A DNA stretch of 64,000 nt from an uncultured Gemmatimonadales bacterium. Lineage in GTDB: Bacteria > Gemmatimonadota > Gemmatimonadetes > Gemmatimonadales > Gemmatimonadaceae. Both the position numbers and the translations under genes were made by a program. The stretch is from assembly GCA_963850905.1 (NCBI GenBank), contig CAWKMU010000003.1, positions 704,001 through 768,000 of the forward strand. Direction: 5' to 3'. Of the stretch, positions 34,940-45,482 are shown piece after piece; the first letter of the stretch is position 1; each line of letters begins with the position of its first letter. A model generated the notes under the pieces. The model worked only from the letters and a program-made list of their open reading frames with translations, was not told the origin of the DNA and did not search any database.

Positions 34940-35448
34940 CTCGGCGCTCCCTGACTCGCGCGCGCCGTAGCCAATCGCTCGTCGTCCATCCGGGCAAGCT
35001 GGCTCTGGATCTGACGCCGGAACTCGAGCGGGTCAGCGATGTTCTCGAACGACTCTCGCGTGCCGCCAGTGCCGGTGACCGTGACCGTTCCATAATTGCA
35101 GATGCGACCAGTGAGATCCTGGTGCACCCCGACCCCCTCGACTTTGCTCAACATGGTCTCGACCGTGCGCCGCTGCAGCACGCCGAGCTTGATCATCACT
35201 CGGCGATTCGTGACCGCAAATTCTGCTGAATGCACGCGAATCCGCGCCCACAGCCACACGACCACCGCCGCGACGGCCAGGATGCCCGCGGCGAGCCAGT
35301 GATGGCCCACCGGGAAATAGTTTCGAAACACGGCCGCGGCAATCGCGAGCGCCGCCGGCGGCACCACCCATCCATACGGAAGGGGGGCAAGCGAGCCGCG
35401 GTACACCACGGACTCACCCTGAATGAGATTCTTATCGACGTAAGACAT
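34936..35448 (-). CDS. Bacterial PH-domain (bPH_2) membrane protein
   Basis: EFAVTNRRV..K.G and GRICNYGTV motifs. Confidence 0.88.
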   Translation of the reverse strand: MSYVDKNLIQGESVVYRGSLAPLPYGWVVPPAALAIAAAVFRNYFPVGHHWLAAGILAVAAVVVWLWARIRVHSAEFAVTNRRVMIKLGVLQRRTVETMLSKVEGVGVHQDLTGRICNYGTVTVTGTGGTRESFENIADPLEFRRQIQSQLARMDDERLATARASQGAPR

Positions 35449-35526
35449 GAGACCAAAACGCTAACGAATCAGCCGCATTGGCGTCACTGCCCCGTCGAAG
35501 GACCCCTGACCCCTGACCCCTGCCTC

Positions 35527-36918
35527 TCAGTACTTCCCCAAATACCGCCCCAACTCCCACGAACTCACCTGAGCGGAGTACTCCTGCCACTCCTGCCGCT
35601 TGGCCGCCAGATATTGGTTCGCGATATGATCGCCGAGCGCCGCCATGATCGTGTCGTCTTTCTCCAGCTCGCGGCAGGCCTCCTCGAGATTCTGTGGGAG
35701 GTCATCGATGCGGAGCCGGCGTTTCTCGCGGAACGACATGTCCCAGATGCTCGTGTTGACCGGCTCACGCCACTCGGCCTGCGTCTCGATGCCGTCCAGG
35801 CCGGCCGCGAGCATCACCGCGAGTGCGAGATAGGGATTCGCCGCGGGATCCGGCATACGGCACTCCACGCGAGTGCCTGGGCCTCGCCGATCGGGAATGC
35901 GGATCATCGGCGACACGTTCCGCATCGACCAGGCGACGTTCACCGGTGCCTCGTACCCGGGGACCAGCCGCTTGTAGGAGTTGACGAGCGGGTTGGTGAT
36001 GGCACACATCCCGCGCGCGTGTCGCAGCATCCCGCCGATGTAATGCAGCGCGGTCCGTGACAGCTGCCACTCCGCGTCGGGATCCCAGAAGGCATTCTCG
36101 GTCCCGCGAAACAGGGACTGATGCGTGTGCATCCCACTGCCGTTCTGCCCGTAGATCGGCTTCGGCATGAACGACGCGAGGAGACCGAACTGCTGGGCCA
36201 CGTGCCGAACCACGAAGCGGAACGTGGCGATGTTGTCCGCCGTCCGGAGCGCGTCGGCGTAGCGGAAGTCGATCTCGTGCTGGCCGTGCGCGACCTCGTG
36301 GTGCGCGGCTTCCACCTCGAAGCCCATCCCTTCGAGCACCTCGACGACCGCGCGGCGGGCATCCTCTCCGAGATCGACCGGGGCCAGGTCGAAGTACCCC
36401 CCGACATCCTGTGTGACTGTCGTCGGCTGCCCGTCGCTTCCGCGGCGGAACATGAAGAACTCCGCTTCCATCCCGGCGTTCATCGTGAAGCCAAGGGCCG
36501 CAGCCCGAGCGACGCACCGTTTGAGCACGCCGCGCGGATCACCGGGGAATGGCGTGCCGTCCGGCGTCGTGATGTCGCAGATCAGCCGCGCGATCCGGTT
36601 GTCGGCGTCGCCCCACGGAAAAACCTGAAACGTCGAGAGATCGGGCCGGAGCAACATGTCCGACTCCTCGGTCCGTACGAAGCCCTCGATCGAGGACCCG
36701 TCGAACATGATGTCGCCCTCGATCGCCTTCTCGAACTGCGACGCGGGGATCTCGACATTCTTGTTGACACCGAGGATGTCCGTGAACTGCAGCCGCAGGT
36801 AGCGCACCTTGTGCGCGGTCGCCAGCTCGAGAATGTCGGCTTTCGTCGCCCCGGCCGACGAGACCGCGTTGCGCACGGCGGCCCGGCCGCCCGGCCGGCG
36901 GCTCGCCCCTGGACTCAT
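35527..36918 (-). CDS. glnA: Glutamine synthetase type I
   Basis: FDGSSIEGF, HHEVAHGQHEI, FMPKP, NGSGMH, NSYKRLVPGYEAP and PDPAANPYLA. Confidence 0.96.
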   Translation of the reverse strand: MSPGASRRPGGRAAVRNAVSSAGATKADILELATAHKVRYLRLQFTDILGVNKNVEIPASQFEKAIEGDIMFDGSSIEGFVRTEESDMLLRPDLSTFQVFPWGDADNRIARLICDITTPDGTPFPGDPRGVLKRCVARAAALGFTMNAGMEAEFFMFRRGSDGQPTTVTQDVGGYFDLAPVDLGEDARRAVVEVLEGMGFEVEAAHHEVAHGQHEIDFRYADALRTADNIATFRFVVRHVAQQFGLLASFMPKPIYGQNGSGMHTHQSLFRGTENAFWDPDAEWQLSRTALHYIGGMLRHARGMCAITNPLVNSYKRLVPGYEAPVNVAWSMRNVSPMIRIPDRRGPGTRVECRMPDPAANPYLALAVMLAAGLDGIETQAEWREPVNTSIWDMSFREKRRLRIDDLPQNLEEACRELEKDDTIMAALGDHIANQYLAAKRQEWQEYSAQVSSWELGRYLGKY

Positions 36919-36964
36919 GGTGCCAAGTATAGTGCAGTCTCCGATCGCTCCATACCTTTCGCCG

Positions 36965-37847
36965 ATGTCCAGCATGACACCTGCTTCATCGTCCAATCCT
37001 ACTGTTGATACTCCGGGCTCGGCGTCGACGCGTCCCTGTCCGAGCTGCAGCGCCGTCGTGCCCACGGGGCGCTTTTGTGTCGAATGCGGCGCGTCGCTCG
37101 AGGGCGGCGTCTGCGCCGTGTGTCGCGCGCAACTCGAGCCCGGCGCGAAGTTCTGCCATCGATGCGGGACAGCAGCGGGCACGCCGGCGCCACTCATCAC
37201 CGGCTCCAAATCGCTCGTCGGGTTCCTGCCGTTGGGGATCGCCGCGCTCGCGATCGTCGCCCTCATCGCGTTCATCGCCGGACGAAGCATCGGCGGCGGA
37301 CCCGCGCAGGACACGCCGGCGACAGACCAGGCCGCGAGCGCCGAGGCGCCGCCGGACGCCTCCGCAGGCGGCCCGGTAGCCGAAGGCGGCGCGATCCGCG
37401 CGCCAGACATCTCGAATCTGTCGCCCCGCGAGCGGGCGGACCGGCTGTTCGACCGTGTCATGCGACTGGACGAGGAAGGCAAGCGTGACAGCGTCGACTT
37501 CTTCGCACCCATGGTGCTGGCCGCGTATCGAGATGCTCGGTCCGTTGGACCTGGATCAGCATTACGATCTCGGTCGGATCGGCGAGGTGACGGGCGCGGC
37601 AACGCTGGCTCGCGCGGAGGCCGACACGATCCTGCGTGCCAGTCCGACGCACCTCCTCGGTCTCACCCTGGCAGCGCGAGTCGCAGTCGACGCGCGCCAG
37701 ACGACCGAAGCTCGATCGTACTATCGGCGCCTGGTCGGAGCCGCCAAAGCCGAGCAGGCGAAGAACTTGCCCGAGTACGAGCGGCACCGGCACGACATTG
37801 ATACGGCGCTGACGGAAGCTCGCCAGCTGGGGCTCGGAAGCCCATGA
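36965..37847 (+). CDS. Double zinc-ribbon membrane protein, frameshift near 37528
   Basis: Four CxxC pairs and a TM helix; the helical C-terminus continues in the 37455-37847 frame and is ATGA-coupled to mqnD. Confidence 0.75.
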
Positions 37848-38681
37848 CCGCGCGCGTCGTCCGCCTCGCGCACAGTCCGGACTCCGACGACGCGTTCATG
37901 TTCTACGCGTTGGCGGAAGGCAAAGTCGATACCGAGGGCGTGCAGTACGTTCACGAATTACAGGACATCGAGACTCTCAACCAGCGCGCGCGTCGCGCCG
38001 AGTTGGACGTGACCGCCGTCTCGATCCACGCGTACGCGTACCTGATTGACTCCTACGCACTGCTGCCGCACGGGGCATTCAATGGGAGACCGATACGGAC
38101 CGCGGCTCGTCGCGCGGGAGCCCCTGCGCCGAGCCGATGTGCGGGGACGGCGGATCGCGATCCCTGGCCCGCTGACGACCGCGTATCTGGTGCTGTCGCT
38201 GTATGAGCCCGACTTCATCGCCGTTCCGACGCCATTCGACCAAATCGAAGATGCGGTCGTCAACGGGGAAGCCGAGCTTGGCCTCCTCATCCATGAAGGC
38301 CAGCTGACGTACCGCGACCGCGGCCTGCACCTGGTCGCCGACATGGGCGAGTGGTGGTACGGCGAGACGGGGTTGCCGCTACCGTTGGGCGGCAACGTGA
38401 TCCGCAAGGATCTGGGACCCGCCCTCATGGCCCAGGTCTCCCGCCACCTGCGCGAGAGCATAGCCTACGGCCTCGCCCACCGCAGCCAGGCGCTCGACCA
38501 CGCGATGCAATACGCGCGTGGCCTGGACCGTACGAAAGCCGACACGTTCGTCGGGATGTATGTGAATGAATGGACCCTCGACTACGGCGACCGCGGACGC
38601 CAAGCCGTGCGCGAGCTCCTCGCCCGTGGCGTCGCGAGCGGCATAGTACCGGGCCCGGCTCGGGTGGAGTTTGCGGACTAG
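37844..38681 (+). CDS. mqnD: 1,4-dihydroxy-6-naphthoate synthase (MqnD family), frameshift near 38079
   Basis: [38 protein letters not shown] and MYVNEWT. Confidence 0.88.
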
Positions 38682-38687
38682 AAACAA

Positions 38688-38795
38688 GGGATCAGGGATC
38701 AGGGGTCAGGGAACCAACCTGAGGGCCAGCCACGGTGCACCGTGGCTGGCCTTTCGTTTCCTTCCCTGACCCCTGACCCCTGATCCCTGATCCCT
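38688..38795. repeat. REP-less modular element
   Basis: GGGATCA/GGGGTCA array, perfect palindrome GGCCAGCCACGGTGCACCGTGGCTGGCC at 38724-38751, inverse array. Confidence 0.9.
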
Positions 38796-38923
38796 TGCCG
38801 TTACAGGCGTTTCCCCGCGGGCGTCCTTGTTTCGTGACCCCGTACGCGCAATCCGTTCGCCGCGACCGCGCGGCGCGACCGCTGACGCCTGTGTCCTCCG
38901 CGGCGACGGTGAGTGCGGAAGCC

Positions 38924-41353
38924 ATGCATGCCAGCGACGCGCTCAGTCATGTGGCGCGACGCCTTGCCGCGACGGGCACCGACCTCAGTGCCGCGATGGC
39001 GCTCCTCGCCAACAATGGCCTGACGTTGCTCGGCGCCGAAGGCGCGGTCGTCGCTCGCATTGACGGCGACCAGTTCCGGGTCGAGGCGGCGGCTGGGTCG
39101 CTGGTCCCGATGGTCGGGTTTCAGGCGCCGCTCGCCGGCTCGCTAGCCCAGGACGCGTTGACCCGGGGGCAGGCAGTCCTGGTGAATCAGGTCCAGGGCG
39201 ATGCACGCGTGGACGTGCATTTCTTGACACCCTTCAGCCCCCGCCACGTCGCCATCGCCCCGCTCGTCGCCGGGCATGAGCCGTGCGGGTTCCTGCTCGT
39301 CCTCAATAGCGAGCGCGGTGGCTTTACCACGAGTGACACCATGGTGCTGCAGCGCCTCGCCGATTTCGGCGCCATCGCACTCGCCCAGGTCACTGGCTGT
39401 CGGCACGCGGAAACAGCGGCCCTCGATGAGGCGTGCCTGTCCCACGTGGTGCGCGAGATGAATCAGTCGCTGGAGCTCGAACGCGTCGTATCCCTGCTTG
39501 CTCGTCACGCCGCTCGGCTCTCCCACGCGCGCGGCGCGCGCGTGATGCTCGTCGAACCCGCCGGCCTGTCGATCGTGGCTGCCGTCGGCGACGCAGCGGA
39601 TGCCGTCGGCACCACCGTCGATCCGGCCGGCCAGTTCGCGCAGCGGGCGATCGAGCTCCTGGCAGGCGTGCGGACGTCGGACCTGCGGTCGTACGCGGAT
39701 GTCTGGCAGCGCACGCCGGCCGCACGTGACGACACGCTCGGCGAAGGCCGTCCCAATGGCGTCGCAGTGCCGCTCATCGTCGGCGGCCGCGCGATCGGGG
39801 TGATCGCCGCGTTCGGTAACGAGAGTCGCGACTTCGATGAGCGCGACCAGTCGATCCTGCAGAGCCTGGCCGACCATGCGGCGATCGCCGTCGAGAACGC
39901 GCGCCTCTATCGCGCGGCCGCGTACATGGCCCGTCATGCCAACGTCCTCGCGGCCTCCGCGCGCGCACTGGCCGTCAACCCGACGCCCGAAGCGGTCATG
40001 GCCGGCATCTCACGCGTGGCCTGCACCGCACTCGGCGCCGATGGATTCAGCGTGTTCCTCGCCAACCCGACCACACGTCGCGTCGATCTCGCGCACACCG
40101 AAGGCGTCGGCACGGGGATCATCAACTGGACCCCCAATCGGTTCTGGTCCATGGCCGCGGGCGAGGTCACCACATCGGGCGTGCCGGTCTACGTGTCGGA
40201 TGCCGAGTCGCTGTATCACACGCTCAATCCGACGGAGCTCCTGGCCTATCGCGCGGCACGCATGCGGTCGATCGCATTTCTCCCGCTGCCGAGCGACGGG
40301 GCGCAACACGGTGTGCTCGTCCTCCGCTTCCTCACGCGGCACGGCTTCGACGATGCCGAACGCCACCTCCTGACCGACTTCGCGACGCAGGTAGCGGTCG
40401 CGATCCGCAATGCCCAGCTCGCGGAAGCCGAACGCGCCAGCCGTGATCGCGAGGGGGCGTTGAAGGAGTCGATGCATCAGACGGAAAAACTCGCGGCGCT
40501 TGGCGAGCTCGTGGCTGGCGTCGCGCACGAGTTGAACAATCCGCTGACCGGCATCTCGACCTTCGCGCAGCTGCTCCTCGAGGATCCGCTTTCGGAGGAG
40601 CAAAGCGAATCCGTACGAGAGATCAAACGCGAGGCCGACCGCGCGGTGGGCGTGATTCGCGAGTTGCTGACCTTCTCGCGCAAGACCGGGCCGCGACTCA
40701 TCGCGGTCGATCTCAATGCCCTCGTCCAGCATACCGTGCGGCTCCGCGCATACTCGCTGCAGTCAACGGGCATCGAAGTTCGCACCGAGCTCGACCCGGT
40801 GCCGCCGACGGCGATCGGAGACGATCAACGGTTGCAGCAGGTGATGCTCAACCTCGTGGTGAATGCGGAATACGCCATGCACCGCGCCCCGACCCGTGTG
40901 CTCACGATTCGCACCACGCGGCAAACCGTGGGCGGGATTCCGCGCGTCGTCATCGACGTGATGGATACCGGGACGGGCATGACGCCCGACGTCCTCCCGC
41001 ATATCTTCGAGCCCTTCTTCACCACCAAGCCCGCCGGGGTGGGGACGGGCTTGGGCCTGAGCGTGAGCCACACGATCATCCAATCGCACGGCGGCACGAT
41101 CGACGTGCAAAGCACACCGGCCGTTGGCACGACATTCACCGTGGCACTTCCGGAGTACGTCGCGAGTACTAATGGACGGGTCCTGGCACCCCCATCCGCA
41201 GCGGTTGCGCGCCCGTCTGGCGCCGCCGCCCAGCTCACGACCGCGCCTGCAACAGACGCCCCGAGACACGCGGCTCCCACCGCGCCGACCGGGGAGACAC
41301 CGCGTGGCGCGCCGACACCATCGCCCACGAAACCTCCGCATGTCGACCGATAG
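38924..41353 (+). CDS. Multi-GAF sensor histidine kinase
   Basis: Three GAF-like domains; H box AHELNNPL, N box NLVVNA, DTGTG, FFTTK and GTGLGL. Confidence 0.95.
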   Translation: MHASDALSHVARRLAATGTDLSAAMALLANNGLTLLGAEGAVVARIDGDQFRVEAAAGSLVPMVGFQAPLAGSLAQDALTRGQAVLVNQVQGDARVDVHFLTPFSPRHVAIAPLVAGHEPCGFLLVLNSERGGFTTSDTMVLQRLADFGAIALAQVTGCRHAETAALDEACLSHVVREMNQSLELERVVSLLARHAARLSHARGARVMLVEPAGLSIVAAVGDAADAVGTTVDPAGQFAQRAIELLAGVRTSDLRSYADVWQRTPAARDDTLGEGRPNGVAVPLIVGGRAIGVIAAFGNESRDFDERDQSILQSLADHAAIAVENARLYRAAAYMARHANVLAASARALAVNPTPEAVMAGISRVACTALGADGFSVFLANPTTRRVDLAHTEGVGTGIINWTPNRFWSMAAGEVTTSGVPVYVSDAESLYHTLNPTELLAYRAARMRSIAFLPLPSDGAQHGVLVLRFLTRHGFDDAERHLLTDFATQVAVAIRNAQLAEAERASRDREGALKESMHQTEKLAALGELVAGVAHELNNPLTGISTFAQLLLEDPLSEEQSESVREIKREADRAVGVIRELLTFSRKTGPRLIAVDLNALVQHTVRLRAYSLQSTGIEVRTELDPVPPTAIGDDQRLQQVMLNLVVNAEYAMHRAPTRVLTIRTTRQTVGGIPRVVIDVMDTGTGMTPDVLPHIFEPFFTTKPAGVGTGLGLSVSHTIIQSHGGTIDVQSTPAVGTTFTVALPEYVASTNGRVLAPPSAAVARPSGAAAQLTTAPATDAPRHAAPTAPTGETPRGAPTPSPTKPPHVDR

Positions 41354-42479
41354 ATCCAGCGACCGACCGCTTCGACCAGGTTCCGTTCCGCCCCCTCGGG
41401 ACTCGTTGCAATCGCAGCCCGTCGAGCGCGACCCGTCGGCCCCGCGTGTGCTCGTAGTCGATGATGAAGAGCTCATTACGCGGGCTTTGGCGCGGTATCT
41501 GGGCACACGCGGCTACGAAGTGGAGACCGCGAGCTCCGGCCACGCCGCCCTCGAGGCGCTCCGGCGCACTCGATTCTCCGTGATGCTGTGCGACGTGCGC
41601 ATGCCGGGCCTCTCCGGCCTCGACGTCGTGCCGCGCGCCCTCGAGATCGATCGCGATCTCGCCATCATGATGTTGACCGGCGTCAACGATGCGCCGACCG
41701 CAGCCACTGTGCTCGCGACCGGCGCGATGGACTACCTGCTCAAGCCCGTCGAGTTGGTGGAGTTGCAGCAAGCCATCGAGCGAGCCCTGCATCGCCGCGA
41801 GCTCGAGATCGATCGGCGAACGGTCGATCGCTTGATCAAGGAGGAAGTGACTGCGCGCACCGAGGAGCTCGAGCGCGAGAAGCAGTCGCTCGGCGCAATG
41901 TCTGTCGCAACGGTCGAAGCATTGGTGAACGCGATGGAGGCGAAAGACGTCTATCTGCGCGGCCACTCACAGCGAGTCTCCGACCTCGCGGGCTCGATCG
42001 CGGAGGAGCTGCACCTCGACAAGCAGACCATTGCGCACGTGCGGATCGCCGCGCGCATACACGATATCGGGAAGATCGGGATCCAGGAGTCCGTGCTGAA
42101 CAAACCCGGTCCGTTGACGCGCGAAGAGTTCGACCACGTGAAAGAGCACGTTCGCATCGCGCTCGACATCCTCGCGCCGCTCAAGTATCTGGGTCCCGCG
42201 ATCGACTTCGTGGCCGATCATCACGAGCACTGGGACGGCCAGGGCTATCCGCGTGGCAAGGCCGGCGAATCGATCTCGATCGGTGGTCGCATCTTGGCCG
42301 CAGCGGATGCCTACGACGCGCTGACCTCCACGCGCGCCTACCGCCCGGCCCGCCGACCGCGCGAGACCGTCGACTATCTCGCCGCTCAGGCGGGCGACCT
42401 GCTGGACCCGCGCGTGTACGAAGCGTTGACGACGGTTCTAAAAAAGCGGGCGTCAGGGGAGACGGTGGTGCAAGGCTGA
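41340..42479 (+). CDS. Response regulator with HD-GYP phosphodiesterase domain (RpfG-like)
   Basis: REC domain (VVDDE, DVRMP, KP); HDIGK and HHEHWDGQGYP. Confidence 0.95.
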   Translation: MSTDRSSDRPLRPGSVPPPRDSLQSQPVERDPSAPRVLVVDDEELITRALARYLGTRGYEVETASSGHAALEALRRTRFSVMLCDVRMPGLSGLDVVPRALEIDRDLAIMMLTGVNDAPTAATVLATGAMDYLLKPVELVELQQAIERALHRRELEIDRRTVDRLIKEEVTARTEELEREKQSLGAMSVATVEALVNAMEAKDVYLRGHSQRVSDLAGSIAEELHLDKQTIAHVRIAARIHDIGKIGIQESVLNKPGPLTREEFDHVKEHVRIALDILAPLKYLGPAIDFVADHHEHWDGQGYPRGKAGESISIGGRILAAADAYDALTSTRAYRPARRPRETVDYLAAQAGDLLDPRVYEALTTVLKKRASGETVVQG

Positions 42480-42524
42480 ACTGCGGGGTCAGGGAAGACC
42501 CCAGACCCCAAACCCGCAGTTCAG
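42476..42524. repeat. Minimal (empty) modular element between convergent genes
   Basis: Perfect 12-bp TIR CTGAACTGCGGG / CCCGCAGTTCAG enclosing only heptamers; the left TIR contains the HD-GYP stop. Confidence 0.85.
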
Positions 42525-42525
42525 C

Positions 42526-43137
42526 CTACAACGATTTCCCCGCTAGCAACCACGATGTCACGCGTGCCACCCGCGCCCCCTGCACCCGGGCGACCGTGAG
42601 ATCGGCCTCCGTCGCGCCGCCCGTGCCGGTCGTGCTCGTGGCGCCATATGGGCTCCCGGCCGTGAACACGGCGCGGTCGGTGTATCCGGGCGGGACGAGG
42701 ATCATCCCCAGATTGGCCATGACGGTCATCATCGAGAACAATGTGGTCTCATGACCGCCGTGCGGCGTTTGCACGGTCGTGAACGCTGCACCGACTTTGT
42801 CGACGAAGGCCCCCTTGGCCCACAGCGCACCCGCTTGGTCGAGTACGAGTTTGAGCTCCGCCGATATGACCCCAAACCGCGTCGGCGTCCCAAGGATCAA
42901 CGCATCATGCTCCACGAACTCCTGCACGCCGCTGAGCGTCTCGTACTGCGCCGCGAGCCGGTCTCGACTCTCTTTCCATTTCGGTTGTGCAGCGATGACG
43001 TGCTCGGGCGCGACGTCGACGACGCGGCGAACCGTCACGGACGTCGATGGGACGGCGCGCGCGCCTTCGGCGATCGCATCCGCGAGCAGAGCCGTGTGGC
43101 CGGTTCGGCTGTAGAACGCGACGAGAACTCTTGGCAT
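42526..43137 (-). CDS. wrbA: NAD(P)H:quinone oxidoreductase, WrbA family
   Basis: FYSRTGHT, GTPTRFG, HGGHETT and GSPYG motifs. Confidence 0.92.
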   Translation of the reverse strand: MPRVLVAFYSRTGHTALLADAIAEGARAVPSTSVTVRRVVDVAPEHVIAAQPKWKESRDRLAAQYETLSGVQEFVEHDALILGTPTRFGVISAELKLVLDQAGALWAKGAFVDKVGAAFTTVQTPHGGHETTLFSMMTVMANLGMILVPPGYTDRAVFTAGSPYGATSTTGTGGATEADLTVARVQGARVARVTSWLLAGKSL

Positions 43138-43308
43138 TGCAGGAAATGTTGCCGAGCGGTCCGCTTGACGCCACGTCGCGCAGAGTGTATTCAGCGGGTT
43201 CGGCATCTTGAGGTTCATCAGCTACGCGCGCGCAGGCAGCCTCGGGCATGGGGTGTGCAGCGCGAGCTCGATTCAGTAGATGACGTCCTAAAATTTCATG
43301 GAGGGGTC

Positions 43309-43908
43309 ATGCCGCGCGGTGACAGGCTGCGGGAGGGGTCCGACGTAGAGCTGCACTTCTCCGATCGCGACGACGAGGGGGAGGACTTGGGCTACGGTGG
43401 AGGAGGGGGGGGAGCCTCGTACGACGACGACGACGAAGAGGATGGCGGCTGGGCAGTAACCAAGGACGCCAGCGACGACCTCTGGGACAGCACCGAGGAT
43501 GAGGGCGACGACGACGAGGACGGCGAAGAGGGCATCACCGCTGTCGAGGTCATCGACGTCGAGGAAGAGGAGGAAGGCGATCTGTTCGGCGGAAGCCTCC
43601 GCGGCCGTGGCCAACGAGGCCGGCCGCCGGGCTCCACGTCGCGGCCGGCAGCCGGCGCCAGCAGCCCCGCCGCACAACCCGCCGCCAAGAGCGCTGCACA
43701 TCCGAGCACAGGACACGCGGCAGCCCACGCCGGCGCCAGTCACGCCGCCCGAAAGGCTCCCCCCGCCGTTAAGAAGGCCGCCGCCAAGAAAGCCGCTCCC
43801 AAGAAAGCCAGCCGGCCCGCCGCCAAGAAGAAGCCGGTCGCCCACGCGAAGGCCAAGTCTGGCGGCAGCAGCAAGAAGAAGGCAGCGAAAGCGAAGAAGA
43901 AGCACTAA
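43309..43908 (+). CDS. Low-complexity protein: acidic N-half, Lys/Ala histone-H1-like C-half
   Basis: GGAGG RBS before ATG 43309; D/E runs followed by KKAAAKKAAPKK repeats. Confidence 0.8.
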   Translation: MPRGDRLREGSDVELHFSDRDDEGEDLGYGGGGGGASYDDDDEEDGGWAVTKDASDDLWDSTEDEGDDDEDGEEGITAVEVIDVEEEEEGDLFGGSLRGRGQRGRPPGSTSRPAAGASSPAAQPAAKSAAHPSTGHAAAHAGASHAARKAPPAVKKAAAKKAAPKKASRPAAKKKPVAHAKAKSGGSSKKKAAKAKKKH

Positions 43909-44167
43909 CGGCCGGGATTCGGAACTCGGGATTTGAGACTCGGGCACCAACCAGAAAGGGCCGGTCGCGGGGGTACTGCGACCGGCCCGTTTGTGCCCTC
44001 CCGAATCCCGATTCCGCTGTTTGGCGCCACCGCCAGTGTCGCGACACCAGCACTGTGCGCCGCCGTGGACCGGTAGGGGCGACGCATTGCGTCGCCCGCG
44101 GTTGTCGTTGCGGTTGTCTCCTTTCTCCTTTCCGGCGTTCTCCTTTCTCGGGCGCTTTAGCGCCCGC
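43904..44167 (+). repeat. Compound element: GGGATTC-type mirrored heptamers with hairpin, then REP and mini-hairpin
   Basis: Hairpin 43958-43988, REP 44073-44097, TCTCCTT tract and CGGGCGCTTTAGCGCCCG at 44149-44166. Confidence 0.85.
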
Positions 44168-44209
44168 GGCACTATCGCGACATCAGCCCAACACTGCTAA
44201 GATTGCCCC

Positions 44210-44752
44210 ATGGCGGAGTCGCCCGTGACGCTGCTGCGAGTCCACGCGAGCTATGCACCCTGGAACGCCCGAGGGTTGGCAGCGCACGCGACCGCACTCG
44301 TCGACGCAGCCGGTCTGCGCCCCACCAACGCGTCCGCTCGAGCGGCCCCAAGCGCCCGGGCCATTCGGTTCTATGTCGCCAACGGGCTGCTCGACCGGCC
44401 CGAAGGCACCGGTACCGCCGCGACGTATGTCTACCGGCACTTGTTGCAGTTGCTCGCCATCAAGATCCGGCAACGCGAGGGACATACGCTCGAAGCGATC
44501 AAGCAGGAGTTCCTGGGCGTGACCGGCAATGCCCTCGAGCGACGGGTCGCACAGGCCCTCGCGCCCGCGCTCGGCGCCGGAGCCGCGGCCGCGGTCGCGC
44601 ACGACAATGACGCCCCGGTCCGGTGGCGTCGGCTCCCGGTCGCCGATGGGATCGAGCTCCACGTGCGCGACGATTCGCCACTCGCGCGCGACGCCGCCCT
44701 GACGGCAATGCGGGAAGCAGTACGCGCAGCGCTCGGGCGACGCAGCGAGTAG
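44210..44752 (+). CDS. MerR-like HTH protein
   Basis: RAIRFYVANGLLDRP and YRHLLQLLAIK; C-terminal WRRLPVADGIELHV. Confidence 0.8.
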   Translation: MAESPVTLLRVHASYAPWNARGLAAHATALVDAAGLRPTNASARAAPSARAIRFYVANGLLDRPEGTGTAATYVYRHLLQLLAIKIRQREGHTLEAIKQEFLGVTGNALERRVAQALAPALGAGAAAAVAHDNDAPVRWRRLPVADGIELHVRDDSPLARDAALTAMREAVRAALGRRSE

Positions 44753-44774
44753 TTGGAAAATGGAGGGTCGACCC

Positions 44775-45482
44775 ATGCGCTTTGCCACCGCCACAATCGT
44801 GATCACCGGCGTCGGACACGAAGGCCAAGTCGGTGAGGCGATCGCCCAGGCGTTCGCCGCCGAGGGCGCCACACTCGCCCTGCTCGACCGGACAGCGGAC
44901 GCCGTCGCCGCCCGGGCGGCGGCGCTGACAGCCAGCGGCGCTCGCGCCAGCGGCTATGCCTGTGATCTGACCAATCCGGCCGAAGTCGCGGCGGTCGCCG
45001 CCCGAGTGGCGACGGCGACGCCCCAGATCAATGCGCTCGTCAACGTGGCCGGCGGATTCGCAATGAGCGGACCCCTCGGCAAAGCGGATGTGACCATGCT
45101 GCAACGCCAGATCGCCGTGAACCTGACCACCGCGTGGGTCGCCTCCAACGCCTTCGTTCCGCTGATCAAGGACGGCGGCTCGGTGGTCTACTTCACGTCG
45201 GCCAGTGTGCTGGCGGGCGGACGGGCCTCGAACATGAGCGCGTATGCGGCCGCCAAGGCCGGCGTGGTCGGCCTCATGCACGCCATGGCCGACGAGGGCC
45301 GCTCGCGCGGCATTCGTTCCAACGCCCTCGCGCCTGTCGTCGTCCGCACTGCAGACAATCTGCGCGACATGGGAACCAACGTCCGCTATGTCGAGCGCGA
45401 AACAGTAGCGAAGACGGTGCTGTTCCTCTGCTCGGCTGATGCGCGCGCGATTACTGACCAGGTCATCAGGTTAAGCGACTGA
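44775..45482 (+). CDS. Short-chain dehydrogenase/reductase
   Basis: ITGVGHEGQVG, LVNVAG and YAAAK motifs. Confidence 0.92.
   Translation: MRFATATIVITGVGHEGQVGEAIAQAFAAEGATLALLDRTADAVAARAAALTASGARASGYACDLTNPAEVAAVAARVATATPQINALVNVAGGFAMSGPLGKADVTMLQRQIAVNLTTAWVASNAFVPLIKDGGSVVYFTSASVLAGGRASNMSAYAAAKAGVVGLMHAMADEGRSRGIRSNALAPVVVRTADNLRDMGTNVRYVERETVAKTVLFLCSADARAITDQVIRLSD

Noticed and set aside
36919..37602. 228-aa N-terminal extension of glutamine synthetase
   Set aside because: It is the antisense shadow of the zinc-ribbon gene on the + strand.
42751..43308. N-terminal half of the 385-aa ORF
   Set aside because: It is antisense to wrbA; the real start with an RBS is at 43309.
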